In this document: positions 37,891 through 50,335 of the stretch, one piece after another
Layout: every line of letters starts with the position of its first letter
Position numbering within the stretch: the stretch's first letter is position 1
Source: Camelus dromedarius
Lineage: Eukaryota
Assembly: GCF_036321535.1 (NCBI RefSeq)
Contig: NC_087447.1
Location: 47,804,001-47,868,000, forward strand
Length of the DNA stretch: 64,000 nt
Direction: 5' to 3'
The notes under the pieces: model-generated
What the model saw: the letters and a program-made list of their open reading frames with translations, nothing else
Told to the model about the DNA's origin: nothing
Database searches by the model: none
Program-made: the position numbers and the translations under genes

Positions 37891-39100
37891 CACGCCAAGC
37901 ACTGTGCCAAGGGAATACGAAGGCAAACCAGCTGGACCCTGTCATCCTGAAGTTGACAGTTTACTATGTAACCACCTTAAGATAAATGATTTGAAGGAAA
38001 GGACAGTGTGTCTGGCCAGTGAGCAACAGGGTGTCTGCTGTGGCTGAGGCTTCCCTGGGGTGCAGGAGGAGAGAGCGGTTTCATCCTGGGGTAAGATGTG
38101 GGACCACCATCTGCCCTGCCTGGCATTGGGTGGCTTTCAGGCTCACAAGCCCGTGTGGGTTTACAGAACCTTGTCCAGGTGCCTGGCAGTGTAAAAGCAG
38201 CAGGGAAAAGTGACAGGGGGTGGAGGACGAGGAGGATGTCCTGGATATCAAGCTTCCAGAGTCAGTCCCTATGGACTCGAGGGCTCCCACCCACCCATGG
38301 CAGCAGGCTTAGCCATTTCTCCTTGACTGGTGGTGCCCACCACAGGATACTGCAGCCACCCTTGGTTTAACCAAGAGTCAGAGACTCAGGGCTGGAGGAC
38401 TGGCCTGGAGCTGGGCCACAGCAGGCAATGGATGGGTGGTTTTTGCCATGTGACCTGAGATCACCTGCCTGCCTTCTCTGGGTCACTTTAAAGCCTGGAG
38501 ACCTTGCCTCCCACATTCCAATTCTCCCTACCTCAGGGCAGCAGCTGCCTAGATTTTTCATCAAAGACACAGCTGCTTCCCCAGGCACTCCCAAGACTCC
38601 CTGAGCCCTCAGTTCTGAGGACTAGAGTGGGGCAGTTGGTCTCCCCTGGGCATCAAGTGACCAGAGAGGTGAAGTGACTCCACTGGCACCACGTAGTGTC
38701 TTGGAGTAGAACCAGTTGAATGTCTGATGCTTCTGCCTCCTGTGCTTGGCCAGGAGTGATGGGCTGCAGGGTGAGGGATGTGTTTGCCTTCCCAAGGCAT
38801 ATGTGCTTGTGGTGGGGGGTGAAGGGTTGGGGGAAATGAGCCCCAGAAGCTAAGCTCATCCTCCTCTGCCCTGATGCACCATGTGATGTGGTGAATCCCT
38901 TTTTCTCTCTGGGCCTCAGTTTCCAGTTTCCCCAAATGCAACAGACCTTGACTCTGTCCAGCCGCTCTACAGTGGCCCAAGCCTCTTTAGTAGAGTTTGC
39001 TTCTGTCTGGGTTTCCACTCAGCCAGGTGTCCAGTCTCAGCCCCATCCCAATCAGAAACAATGAGCCAGACCCAGCCAGTCCCCAGGGGCTCACCCCAGA

Positions 39101-39500
39101 CTATTTTCAGCCCTTGGAGTCAGAAAAGGATTTTCCACTTCCAGCACAGTGACTGCCCTGGACCATTGTCCAGTGGTGACCAAGGGATCCGCCTGCCCCA
39201 AAATATCTCCCCTGCCCCTACCCTCTGGGCCTTCCTGCTCTGTTTCTCACCTCCACAGCTTGGCATCACTTCCTGGGGCTGTTACTCCTCAAGGCCACTG
39301 TGAAACAGCACGTGAGTCCCCTGGGAGACACGACCAGTTGGAATTTATTTCGCCTCTTGGCAGCAACCCCAGGGATTATTTGGCTGCATAGAAGGACTGG
39401 AGGCTCTGGGAGGGCTGTGCCTCACCCAGGGTCACACAGCGGTCAGCATGGAGACCAGATGTGAGGCCAGGATCTCTGACTTCTTCAGTGCCTCAGCTGC
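39101..39500 (+). repeat. Copy 2 of an old local direct duplication
   Basis: Collinear similarity to 36567-36920; see findings. Confidence 0.85.
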
Positions 39501-40229
39501 CTTCATTTGCACTAGTCTGTGCCTCCTGGGAGTGAGAGCTCACCTCGGAAGGCCTGGGGTGGGCATCTGGGGAGAAGCCCGAGTGACGTGGGTGAGAGGG
39601 GATATAACTTGGGCTCTGAGCTTGGAACTCCCGGTTCAGTTCTGTGTTTACCAAATGTGGCTTTAGCTTGCATTGAACTCAGAGTTACCAAGTAGCAGCT
39701 TCAGGGAAAGAAAGAGGTTGAGGTACCCAGGAAAGCGGAAGCAGGAAGAGCAGGGTTCTGGCCCAGTTCAGCCACCACTAGCTCTGTGATGGCAAACTCA
39801 GTTTCCTCATCTGTAAAATGGAACTGTAAAAAGGAGAGTACCTCCTTTCCCAGGTTGCTGAACAGTGAGAATGCAGTAAGGCACAAATATGCAACTTTCT
39901 GTTTTCCCCCATCAATGCTCTCTGCCGGATGATGTCTAATTTCCTTTTTCCCCTCTATAAACTACATATTTGGCAAACTTCAAAGCTTTGAGTCACTTTT
40001 GGTTAACAACTAAAGTTCATTGCAGTTTAAAATTCCAATCCTCTATTTAATTTACTGCTCCCTCCTCTTCCCCAGTGCTGGGAGGACCCTGCTCCCCCTC
40101 CTTTGGGTGCCCCTCTCCTCTGGGTGTTGGACAAGGTAAGGAGAAAAGGGACTGGTGGGTCCTCCCCAGGTCTGCCACAGCCCTCTCTTACTGTCCTTGC
40201 TTCTCTGGCCATGACAACCTGGCATCAGT

Positions 40230-40357
40230 GCCCCTCTGCATGGCGTCCCCCAAACACCAGCTCACACTTTTGTAAAAGAATCTCTTCATTAAACTATCCC
40301 AAAGTTACCCAGTTTGAGTATGCCCCATCTTTCCGGCTGAGACTCTTAACTGACACA
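40230..40357 (+). mobile_element. LTR33-like (ERVL) LTR 3' part
   Basis: CACACTTTTGTAAAAGAATCTCTTCATTAAACT...CAGTTTGAGTATGCC..ATCTTTCC...CTGACACA. Confidence 0.65.
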
Positions 40358-41319
40358 CCCCAGCCTCCCTGAGTGATTTTCCTAGAACATCCTTCCCCCG
40401 GCTTGGGGGTGGGGAAGCCCTTTTCCCCTCTCCCTACTTTCTCCCCATTCCCACTAGGTTGGGAACTCACAACTGCAGAGATGTCAGATGTTCAGCTTGT
40501 AGAGTCAGAGTGGAGGATGGTAGAGGGCTAGGGTAATAAACTCTGAGAAGGTGTCTGACCTCAATGGTTTTCAGATTTCTTTAGAAAGTGGGTATTTTAC
40601 CCTCTGTGTGTCCTCAGATTTATGTCCCAAAGCCAAATTCCAAATCAGCAGCCACATGAAAAATCCCACCTCATTGTGGGATTAAACTGTTAGTCAGCCT
40701 TTGTGACCAAAGCAATTGCAAAATGTGGGGGAGGAAATTAAAAGTCACCACACAGCCTGTGTGAGTGTGTGTGAGGGGAGGGGCAGTCCTGGCAGTGACC
40801 ACACAGATACCTGGAGACAAAAGGGCCACAGGTGGGTGGCCAGCCTGTAGAAGGAAGAGAGGGATCAGGAGGGGATGCCAGGAGGTCAGACTAAGACTAG
40901 GAGATGGAAGCAGATGGGCTTGGATGGCAGGAAAAGATGGGAGTGGGGAGAGGATCGAACTGCCAGCCCTTTCCTTTCCTCCGTTCCCATTCTTCCTTCC
41001 TTTCCTTCAGTTTCTCTCCCTCCTCACTCCCTATTTTTCCTCCCCTTTTTGCTCTCTGATTCCAGAATTCCTGGGAGCAAAGAGAAGCAAACAGGACAGT
41101 TCAAAACTTCATACCTATTCCTTCATTATGGGTGCTGGCTCAACTCCCATCCCTGGCTGCTTAGTCTACTACTGTGGGTCCCGAGTTCCTGGATGATGCC
41201 CTGCCGCCCCCTGGTGTCCAGAGCTGGCAGCAGAGGCAGGAATCGGGGCTGGGGTCCAGACCCTCACCTGTGCAGTGATGAGAAGAAAATGATCCACTGG
41301 CAGCCTGGTGGTTGGGGAA

Positions 41320-41766
41320 TGTGAGATGGGGGTAGGACTGAGAATTGAAACTGGGAACACAATTTGCAAAATATACCCTGACTTCCAAAACAGGTAACAG
41401 TGCCTGACGATGCCGTGATGTCCATCTCAGACTAGTTAAGCTCACGCCTGTAAACACTTGTGTGTTTAGACCCACATGGTCCAAGAGAAGACCACAACCA
41501 AACTGATCTCATAGTAACACTCCACGAGGACTCCTGTGTTCTCAACATAGGATCGCTGACTGTTCCAGCAGCTCCTTGCTTTGCAAATTCTGACCGATCT
41601 CTGCCAAAGACCATCCTTTGACTAACTCCAGCCCTCACAACCCTATAAGCACCCCTTCCCTAACTCCCTCCTTTGGGGACACCCCAGGAAATCCCCTGAT
41701 GGGAAGTATTTGCTGCAGCAAGTAATAAGCCTGCACCTTGTTCCTGATGGTGCGGGCTGATCAGCA
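41320..41766 (+). mobile_element. Probable ERV LTR
   Basis: Begins TGTGAG, has a TATA-like CCTATAAG at ~41643 followed by a pyrimidine-rich R-like region and an AATAAG variant. No clear TSD. Confidence 0.4.
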
Positions 41767-43469
41767 TTGTCAAGAGGGTGCTGCCTCTTCCTGGGTGAGT
41801 GAGAGCAGGTGACATTTCAGCTCTCCATTCCAGCACACTCACCCCCATGGGCTCACAGGGACTTCCCATCTAGAGTCCTACAGCCCTTATGTGATCCACA
41901 TGCTGCACTCTGGCACGAGGACAAAGCCCCGAACTGTGGGGTGTTTTATTGCCTCAGAGGAACACACCATGTGCAGCTGCTGGCTTTGTGAAGGCAAGAC
42001 TGAGGGGCAGACCCAGCTGCTCCACCCTCAGGGCACTGCACCTCAGAGGCCCAGTGTCCCAGCTTGGGGTTTCAAAGGTGCTGACTTGGCCCTCATTGGT
42101 TCTGCCAGGAGTGGCGGGTCCCTGAGGACAGTTCCATGATAGCCTCTGACTGTGGGTGTCCCTTTGACTTCCTGCTTACCTTCAAGGAGGCCCCAGATGG
42201 TGTCCCCCACCTTCACTGGCTGCCAGGAAGACACCCAAGCCCTGGTGAGTGTTGAGGAGAGGGCTTGCAAACCTGGAGCTAGACTGTAGGCCTTGAGGGC
42301 CAGCTGGAGAGGTCTGGGAGCTCTTCTGAAGAGAAACCAGAATCTTCTCCCCTCTCTGAACGTGGGGCTTCTGATAAGGTCTATCCCTCCAACAAGAGTC
42401 CCCTCTGCACCTCCCTAACACCCCAGCATAATTTGTATCCTCCCCCCACCTCCAGAGATGGAAAGATCACTCCTCCTAGGCGCCCCCCGTCCCTGTGGGA
42501 GGGCCCTCCTCATGGGAGCCCTGTCTCCCCAGCTCAGCCCTAGGGGCACATAGCACATCTGCCCTCAGCCCACGTCAGCCACGGGAGGATATGACCATGA
42601 CCTGGAGTTGGCCCTTCTCCAGGCTGGTACCCCCAGCTCCCTCCCCTGCCCAACTCTAATGCTTCCACCCCCACTGGAAGCCCTTCTGTAGCCCCCCAGA
42701 AGTCCTTGCTGCCTCACATGGCAGCCTCCACAACTGGACTCCATCTCCTGGGAGGTGTGATGGAGCTCAGCTGGTCCTCCCAGCAGCCCCCGAAGTTAGG
42801 GCTCACCCACCACCCATGAGATGCCTGTAATTTGGATCCCACCAGCACAGCAGCGGATCAAATGCATCTGACTCTCAGTCATGAGGAAGGGGAGGCCCTT
42901 GAGATGGAGTGGGAAGCATAGAGTGAAGGGGGAGTCTCAGCCAGCCCTCCAGGCACCCCCCACGTCCTCACTCTAGACCTGCACACCTCATCCACAAGCT
43001 TTAATTCCACCTAAACCCAGACACCCTCATCCACAAGGCACAGAAGCACATAAACCTTGGAGTCAGACAGACTTACATTTGAATCTTGACTCTGCCGCTC
43101 ATTAATCTGATGACCTCTGGCACCTCAATTTCCTCATCATAAAAAAAGGGATAATCATACTCACCTCATGTTTTATTTGTATTGTCTGTCTCTTCCTGAA
43201 AGCTCCCAGAGGACAGGGGTCTTTGTCTAGTTTGGTCATTACTTTATCCCCAGTGCCCAGAAGAAAGCCTAGTATATAGTTGGTGCACAATAATTGTTTG
43301 TTGAATGAATGAGATTCGTAGGAATAATTGAGATAAACCATGTAACCATTTTGCAAAACATCTAGTACCAGTGGGTACTCATTATATAATTCCTTTCCTT
43401 TGCAAAGCAAGTCAAATTAATTATTTCAGGTAAGTTTCACAAGAGCCCTTGAGGCAGGAACCTTATTAT

Positions 43470-44190
43470 TATTGATTCATTCATTCTTTATTCAACAAAT
43501 ATTTACCAAATGCATACTATGTTCCAGATACTGGTATAGGTATTTGGAAATTGTCAGTAAATTAAAAAGAGAGATCCTTCCTTTGTGGAGTTTACATCCT
43601 AGTTGGGTGGGAAAGACAAAAGGCAACAGATGTCATAAAATGTAAATTCTGTGGTGTTTTAGTAGGTGGCAAGTGGTGAAACCAGCAGAGTAGGAAGAGG
43701 GAGTGGGAGAGGAGGGAGGATGGGATTTTAAATAAGGTGGTCAGGTGAAGCCTTGGGAGAGGCTAAAACGAGAGCAGACGTGAAGGAGGTGTGGGAGTTA
43801 ATGAGGGGCTGTCTGTGGTGAGAGCCTTCCAGGTATAGGGAATGTGAGCACCAAGGTCTGGCTGCTGGAGAAAGGAGGCTGGTGCCTGGAGTGAGGACAG
43901 AAGATGAGGAGGCCAGAGACTGGGGGAGTCTGTAGGGCAGTGAATGAGGTGGAACGTCATGGCAGAGATACAACCTGATTTCCCTGTAAGAAGACTCAGT
44001 CTGCCTGCAGGGTGGTGAATAAACTATAGTGGGGCAAGGATGGGAGCAGCCAGAGCAGGAAGGAGCTAATGCAGGAATCCAGGCGAGAGATCAAGAGGAT
44101 TAGAACCAGATGGTAGCAATGGAGGTGGTGAGAAATGGACTGATGCCAGATATATTTTAAAGGAAGAGCCGACAGGATACCTGACAGTTT
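43470..44190 (-). mobile_element. L2 element
   Basis: TTCATTCATTC...CAACAAATATTTAC...ATACTATGTTCCAG start, followed by purine-rich L2 body (AATCCAGGCGAGAGAT...GGAGGTGGTGAGAAATGG...TATATTTT). Confidence 0.8.
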
Positions 44191-45382
44191 TTTCCTGCAG
44201 GGTTTGGCAGGCAGTGAAACCCAGATCCAGAGGAGGCCCAGTGAGGTGCCACTCAGCTGGTCGGTAGAAGGGTGGAGGAGTGGAGGATGGAGCCAGGGGT
44301 GACTGGAAGGTCCCCAGGTCTAGGGCAGAGTGGGAGGAAGGATTCTGCTGCAGGTCACAAACCAGCCCCAAGGCAGCTGGGCATTAATTTGATCAATGAC
44401 TTTTTCCTCTTCCCCTGAATTCCCCTATGATGGCTTTTAATTGGGTTCATTTGTTCGAGACCAAGGGCTGAGCAGACGCCAGAGTGTTCGCCTATTATTA
44501 AGTAGATTAGGAAATGGCCCTATGTCTTGCACAGCCAGGAAAGTCAGAGCAGCTGCACAGCGTCTCTGAGGAGTAACCACCGGCCCTCAGTGCACTGCAG
44601 ATCCATGCCTTTGTCCATGCTGCCCCTCTGTGCCCAGTGTCCTTGCCCCCTGCCCTGCTCACCTGGTAAATGTCTCCTCCTCCTCCAAGACTTGCTGATC
44701 CCCGTCCCTGTCCTCGGCCAGCTCATCTTCTGGGGCAGAGAACTTACACACATGCTGAGGAGGGATGCCTGGCTGGAGGGCCTGCCTCCCAGAGGACAAG
44801 CATGGCGCATGGTCCAAGTTGGGGTTGTCAGGGAAGAGGGGCCCCCCAAAAGCATGTACATCATAACCCCGCTGAAGTAAAAGAAGCTTCTCCATTTCCC
44901 CTAGTTTCACCTCAGGAGGAGTGTGGGGGTGGGGGGTGGGAGCAGGGAGAGGAGGAGTAGAGAAATAAGTGTTAAATTCACAAAATGGAAACGAGCTGGA
45001 AATGGAAACTAGACCCAAGAAAGAGAAAACTGTCCCATGGCAGTAACAAATTCAGACTGCTAAAAAAAAAAAATGGTTACTTCCACTTTAGACATTACCT
45101 ATTGATTTCTTCTGTGAAAGATGAAGGTTTAGCTCTCTTCCCTCATCCTCCTGTTGTAATTTTTGGTTAAATCAATATTCAGTGCTTACATTTTTATGAC
45201 TTTGAAAGTATTGTTTACAGTTAACATCTAATAGTGTTCTGTGATTACATTTTCTTTCTTGCATAATATTTTGTTTTTCCTGGAATTAATAATGGCCTCA
45301 CTGTATACCCCTAAGAGGGACATATTCTAAGGACAAGGAGAATTGTAAAGAAATCTTAAACAAGTGTTTGTAATCATATCAT

Positions 45383-45725
45383 GAGTGGCTACTGAGTATT
45401 TGAAATGTGGCTCGTCTGAATTGAGATGTGTCGTGAGTGTAAAATATACACTGGGTTTTGAAGATTTGGTACAACAAAAAAGGTAAAATATCTCATTAAC
45501 TTTTCACATTGGTTACATGTTGAAATGATAACATTTTGGGTATAATAAGCTAAATGAAATATATCAATCACTAAAATCAATTTCATTTATTTCTGATTAC
45601 TTTTTAAAAAATTTTTTAACATTTTTTATTGATTTATAATCATTTTACTGATTAATTTTTTAATGTGGTTACTTAAAAATATTAAATTGTACCTGTGCCT
45701 TGCATTATATTTCCAGTGGACAGGT
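45383..45725. mobile_element. MER33-like hAT-Charlie element
   Basis: GTGGCTACTGAGTATTTGAAATGTGGCT...TTGAGATGTG...AAAATATCTCATTAA...ATGTTGAAATGATAA...TTTTTAATGTGG...TGGACAG. Confidence 0.8.
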
Positions 45726-45744
45726 CTAGGCAGTGATCACCAAG

Positions 45745-46050
45745 CTGTTAGTGTTCCCATGGACGGTCCCATAACACCTGAACCCACTGACCAATATTAA
45801 CATTACAAAAAAGAGAGCGAGGTGATTGATTATCATGTCTTGCTGACATGGTACAAAAGAAGACACCACCACCTGTGAATTCTTTCCAGAAAATTGAACC
45901 TGAATCTAATCAAATTTATTTAACTATCGGTTTTCAGGAAATACAGGGTGTAGAGGACTATGTTAAATGACAACATGGGGATACAATTAGCCAGATTCAG
46001 AATTTGAGAACTTTCACAGGATAAATGACTTGTTTCTTCATTAAAAAAAA
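45745..46050 (+). mobile_element. Old L1MC-like fragment
   Basis: CCTGAATCTAATCAA...CAGGAAATACAGGG...GTTAAATGACAACATGGGGATACAAT...AAATGACTTGTTTCTTCA. Confidence 0.6.
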
Positions 46051-46244
46051 AGGTGGGGGAGAGTGGAGAATGGCAGAGGAGTAATCACAGGAATAGTAGT
46101 TGAAGCCAAGGTCTCGTCTCCCGTCACTGCTTCAAGGATGAGTCCCAAATCCCTAAATGCTTAGAAGCCGTTTGTCTTGAAGGGAAACAGGGGGAGGAAA
46201 TCTGAAACAGAGAAAAGACGGGACCACATTTTGTTTTTCTCTGC

Positions 46245-46622
46245 TCTTACATGCTGAATCCGCCCCCTGCCCCCAAATATGTTGAAGTCCTTACACCCAG
46301 TACCTCAGAATGTAAACTTATTGGAGAAAGTTTCTTTAAAGAGGTAATTAAGTTAAAATGAGGCCACTGGGGTAGGCCTTAGTATGACTGGTGTCCTTAT
46401 AAGAGGATATTTAGATACAGGCACATACAGCAGGAAGGTGGCATGAAGACACAGGGAGAAGACGGTCATCTGCAAGCCAAGGAGAGAGGCCCTCAGAAGG
46501 AGCCAATTCTGTTGTCACCTTGATCTTGGACTTCCAGTCTCCAGAACGGTAAGAAAATTAATTTCTGATGTTTGAGCCACCCCATCTGCGGTACTTTGTT
46601 ATAGCAGCCCTAGCAGACCACT
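46245..46622 (+). mobile_element. MLT1B-like MaLR LTR
   Basis: ATATGTTGAAGTCCT...CCCAGTACCTCAGAATGT...AGGTAATTAAGTTAAAATGAGG...GACTGGTGTCCTTATAAGAGG...CACCTTGATCTTGGACTTCCAG.CTCCAGAAC...TTTGTTATAGCAGCCCTAGCA. Confidence 0.9.
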
Positions 46623-46711
46623 CAGTGGGGAGAGTACTCACGAGAATCATCCCATCTGTTATAATGTAAAAGGAAGCTGCATTTTCTTTGCACCTATCTC
46701 CCCATATGGGA

Positions 46712-47520
46712 ATGCCTAGTGGAAATTACTTCTCAGGGCTGAACTTATCCTTGCTGGGTTAACAGGTTGTCACCATGGTGGGGCTAATCCACTCTAATTG
46801 GCCTAAGTTCTTACCTTCACACCCCAATGCTCTTATTTCCACTTCAGGGATTTCTGTGGTTGTTGATGACTTTTGTATCAAAGAACATCATCTGCTGTGT
46901 TGGGTGCAGGACTCAGCTGATTTTCTGTCTCTTCATTGTCATCTCTAAATACTATGTGTTGACATTAACAGCCTATGATTGCTTTGTAGCTATTTGTAAT
47001 CTATCATTGTATAAGGCACCACATCTCATGGTATGTTTGGTGTTGAAGTTTGGTGCATATGTATGTGTGCATGTGTGAGGTGGGATTTGCTGGAGCCACT
47101 GCCCACACAGGGCACATGCTTAGGCCAACCTTCTGCAATGGCAATGCCATCATTCACAATCTGTATGACAGCTTCCTGGTCCTCTAAATGTCTTGCACCA
47201 GCACCTATGTCAGTGAGGTGGGAGTTTTCACTAAAGTGAAATATTGATAGCATTGCTATCACAGAACCCAATCTTCACTTCGTTTCACTTTCATCCAGTT
47301 TGTTCAAGGCAAATCAAGACCCTGCAGCCCCTGCCGCCCTCATGTCAATGCCATTTCTCTTTCCCTTGGGTCAGTAGCATTCATGCATCTTAAACATTCT
47401 CCAGGGTCTGTGAACGAGGGTCAGTGAACTGGTGACTTTTCTACTTCAAAGTGGGGTCTATGCTGAACCCCCTATTTAAAGTCTGGGTAACCAGGAAAAT
47501 GCTAGGTAAAATCCAGGAAA
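46712..47520 (+). pseudogene. Olfactory receptor pseudogene, OR8 family (probably orthologous to the isolated OR8R1P between human P2RY2 and P2RY6)
   Basis: Degenerate OR motifs occur in order across frameshifts: MPSGNY../ELILAGLT; LHTPM; FVSKNIICCVGCRTQLIFCLFIVISKYYVLTLTAYDCFVAICNLSLY (MAYDRYVAIC equivalent); GFAGATAHTGHMLRPTFC; SCTSTYVSE; PHVNAISLSLGSVAFMHLK; MLNP. There are multiple deletions, frameshifts and stops. Confidence 0.9.
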
Positions 47521-50104
47521 AGCAATGATACTGTAAAGAGTTTCAAGTTTTTATTTTATTGGTGTTTTTCCATTGAGGGATTTTTGTCTCTGTGTCTATT
47601 CTATAGATGGTGGATTGTTCAGTCTTTCTCCTAAGAGACTCTTTTCATCACTTAGGGAAGATAGGTAACCTTGGCTTGTGCTTTGCTTTCTCATCTCCTG
47701 CACACCCTGTATTCAGGTTTGATTAAGTACAACTATTTATACACTAGACGTTATTGTTTTGTTCCTTTTGTTTCCTGCTCTTTTCCAAATCCTGGACATG
47801 CATAAGTCACCTGGAGAAAAGTTGAACACCATGGATTGCTCCCCCAAACCCAGAAGTGCCAAAAGCCTTTAGAAAGGTTCTTTTTCTTATCAGTTCTGTT
47901 AGTGGGAGAGGCAGCAGGATTCCACTGAAATGCCTCCCTTCCAACCTGTATAAGCAGCTCAAAGTGGACCCAAACCCTCCCAATCTTGTCCTCTTGTTAT
48001 CCTAGCTTTTTTTCTTTTGGCCTTTCTCGTCCACTTCTGCGAGTGGCGACATCGAAGGGCTTCTGCCAGTCGTGTCTTCAAGTGGTGGCAGATGGACGTG
48101 TTTCCATGCAAACCAAGCTCCCTGATGATGAGGACATTTGTGGTCGTCTTTACACTTCCCTCTCCAGGAAACTGGGGCTTTTTCCTTTGAGATGCAAATT
48201 GCATTCACCCTCTCCCAAACTTTGGAGAAAAAATTAACTGGAAACAACAATTCTGTTGTTTTTATATGATCATTTTCAAAGAAGTATAGCTAACTCTGTT
48301 AGTATTTTTCTGATCTGTGAATTGCCAAAAGTCAAAGTGAGCATTGTGTATGTCAATACAATAAAACATTAGATAATGCAGAGAACATAGGACAACACCA
48401 CTATTTTGGCACCATTAATGCCCAAACTTCAGTAACAGAGGATGATTAGAGGACTAGATTGTGCACAATATTATCTAAAATGGCATCAAATATTCTGGAA
48501 AAAAAAACCACATTTAGTTTCCCCTGCAAATTTTGTCATTTGTCGTTTAAAACCATTGCATATAAAATTGGACAGACAATTCATTTTTAATTTTACAATG
48601 AGATTTAGCATGGAAACATCAGCTGAATACTGACAATAATAGCTATAGAAAAGGTGTGTGGGTCTACTTAAACTTTGTCTCACCAATAAGACTGTAAGCA
48701 TCATTAGGCCAAGGATCGTTCCCTATACTTCCTTCAATTCTCTGATGCTTCTCCCCTTTGTAGTTCATATAGATGACATATACCGTGTTCAGGAAATGCC
48801 AGTTGAATTGGAACATCTTATACCACTATTCAGATAAAACAATAGTTAAAGAAAGATGTTGATTATTCACTCTGTGGTAGGCACAGTACTAAGAGTTTTA
48901 TATGCATTATCTCAGTTAATCTTTAAAGACCATTCAGGAGAACAGAACTATTCTACCCCTCTTTTAATGAGTGACTGGCCCACTGAGCAGTAAAGGTGTG
49001 GCTTTGTTCAGCATTTTTCATTGTTCCTGTTATCAGGCCACAGGACTCCAGTTCTAGTTCCTTTCCTTACAGATTGGGTGACCTTGGAGAAGACCAATGA
49101 TCTCTCTGAGACTCAGTTTCCTCCTCTGAAAAATGAGAGTAATCATCTGTTCTATATAAGGCTTAAGAAGATTAATCTGTTAATTTATGCAAAACTACTT
49201 AGAAAAACAGTAAATCTCAATACAAAAATTTTCAATTTTTCTCAATAATGAGACACTGTCAAGCCCCATCACTTGGAGCAGTTGTATTAAATCTTGGTTT
49301 AAGAAAGAGATGTGTTTCTTTTTCATTTTATTTTCAACTAAATAATGCATTCACTCAGTTCAAATAAACAAATATTGAAAGGTAATCAGTGAAGAATCTA
49401 ACTCATTAATTCTATTAAACAACCACCATTAACAGTTTCTTCATCTTTCCAGAAATCTATGTGCATATATAAGCCCTAAAAGCTGTGAGGTTTTTTTTTT
49501 AATTTATACACAAAAGGCTGCATACTTGTACATATATTTCTAGCTTTCTTCTGTAGATTTCTTAAATGTCTTTTCACACCAATATACAAAAAGCTTATTT
49601 GTTTTGTTTACAGTAATAATTTATTTAACCAGTTCCCTATGAATAAGCATTTAGGTCATTTCCAATCTTTGGATATTGATTTGTTGTTTTTTTTTTTAAG
49701 AGCTGAAGTGAAAGAAAACATCATTTCTTTTTTCATTATGAAGTTTAAACTAGTTAACCGAACAATAATGTCTGGCTATCCCTCAGATTCAACAAGTCTG
49801 GTTTAAAAGAGACAGGCATCTGTTGGTACCCAGTGAAAGATTTGCCTCCTGGTCTCAAGGTTCAAGGCTCATGTAATTTGGCTCCTTGCTTCTCGTACTG
49901 ATTTTGTTACCCTCCCCAACCCCCTGCAGCAGGCAGTGTTGCAGAGGCCAGTGAGGTTCCAGAGGTAGTTTGACAGCAGACCTCTGTGGACTGTCACCTC
50001 CTTTACCACAGCCACTCTGCTCCTTTTAAAGCCTGCCAATTTCTGAATCAGGAGCAGCTCTGGTGGGTGTGGTGGGAGGGAGACAGGCTGAAAATAGAAA
50101 GTCC

Positions 50105-50335
50105 TCAATTTTGCCTCAGAAGTGCTGAGTTCTAGTCCTGACCAAGATTTCCTAGATGTGTAACCTAAAGCAAGTTATATAATCTCCCTGCACCTCAGTT
50201 TCCTCATCTGTAAAATGGGAATAATCAGAGTAGCTCTTCAGACTCCATGTACAAACGAAGCAATATAATGTAGGTAAAGCCCTTAGAGCAATGCTGGCTC
50301 AGAGCACGCATGAAATCAATGGTAGCATGTTTTAT
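50105..50335 (+). mobile_element. MIR
   Basis: Contains the MIR core CCTCAGTTTCCTCATCTGTAAAATGGGAATAAT. Confidence 0.85.
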
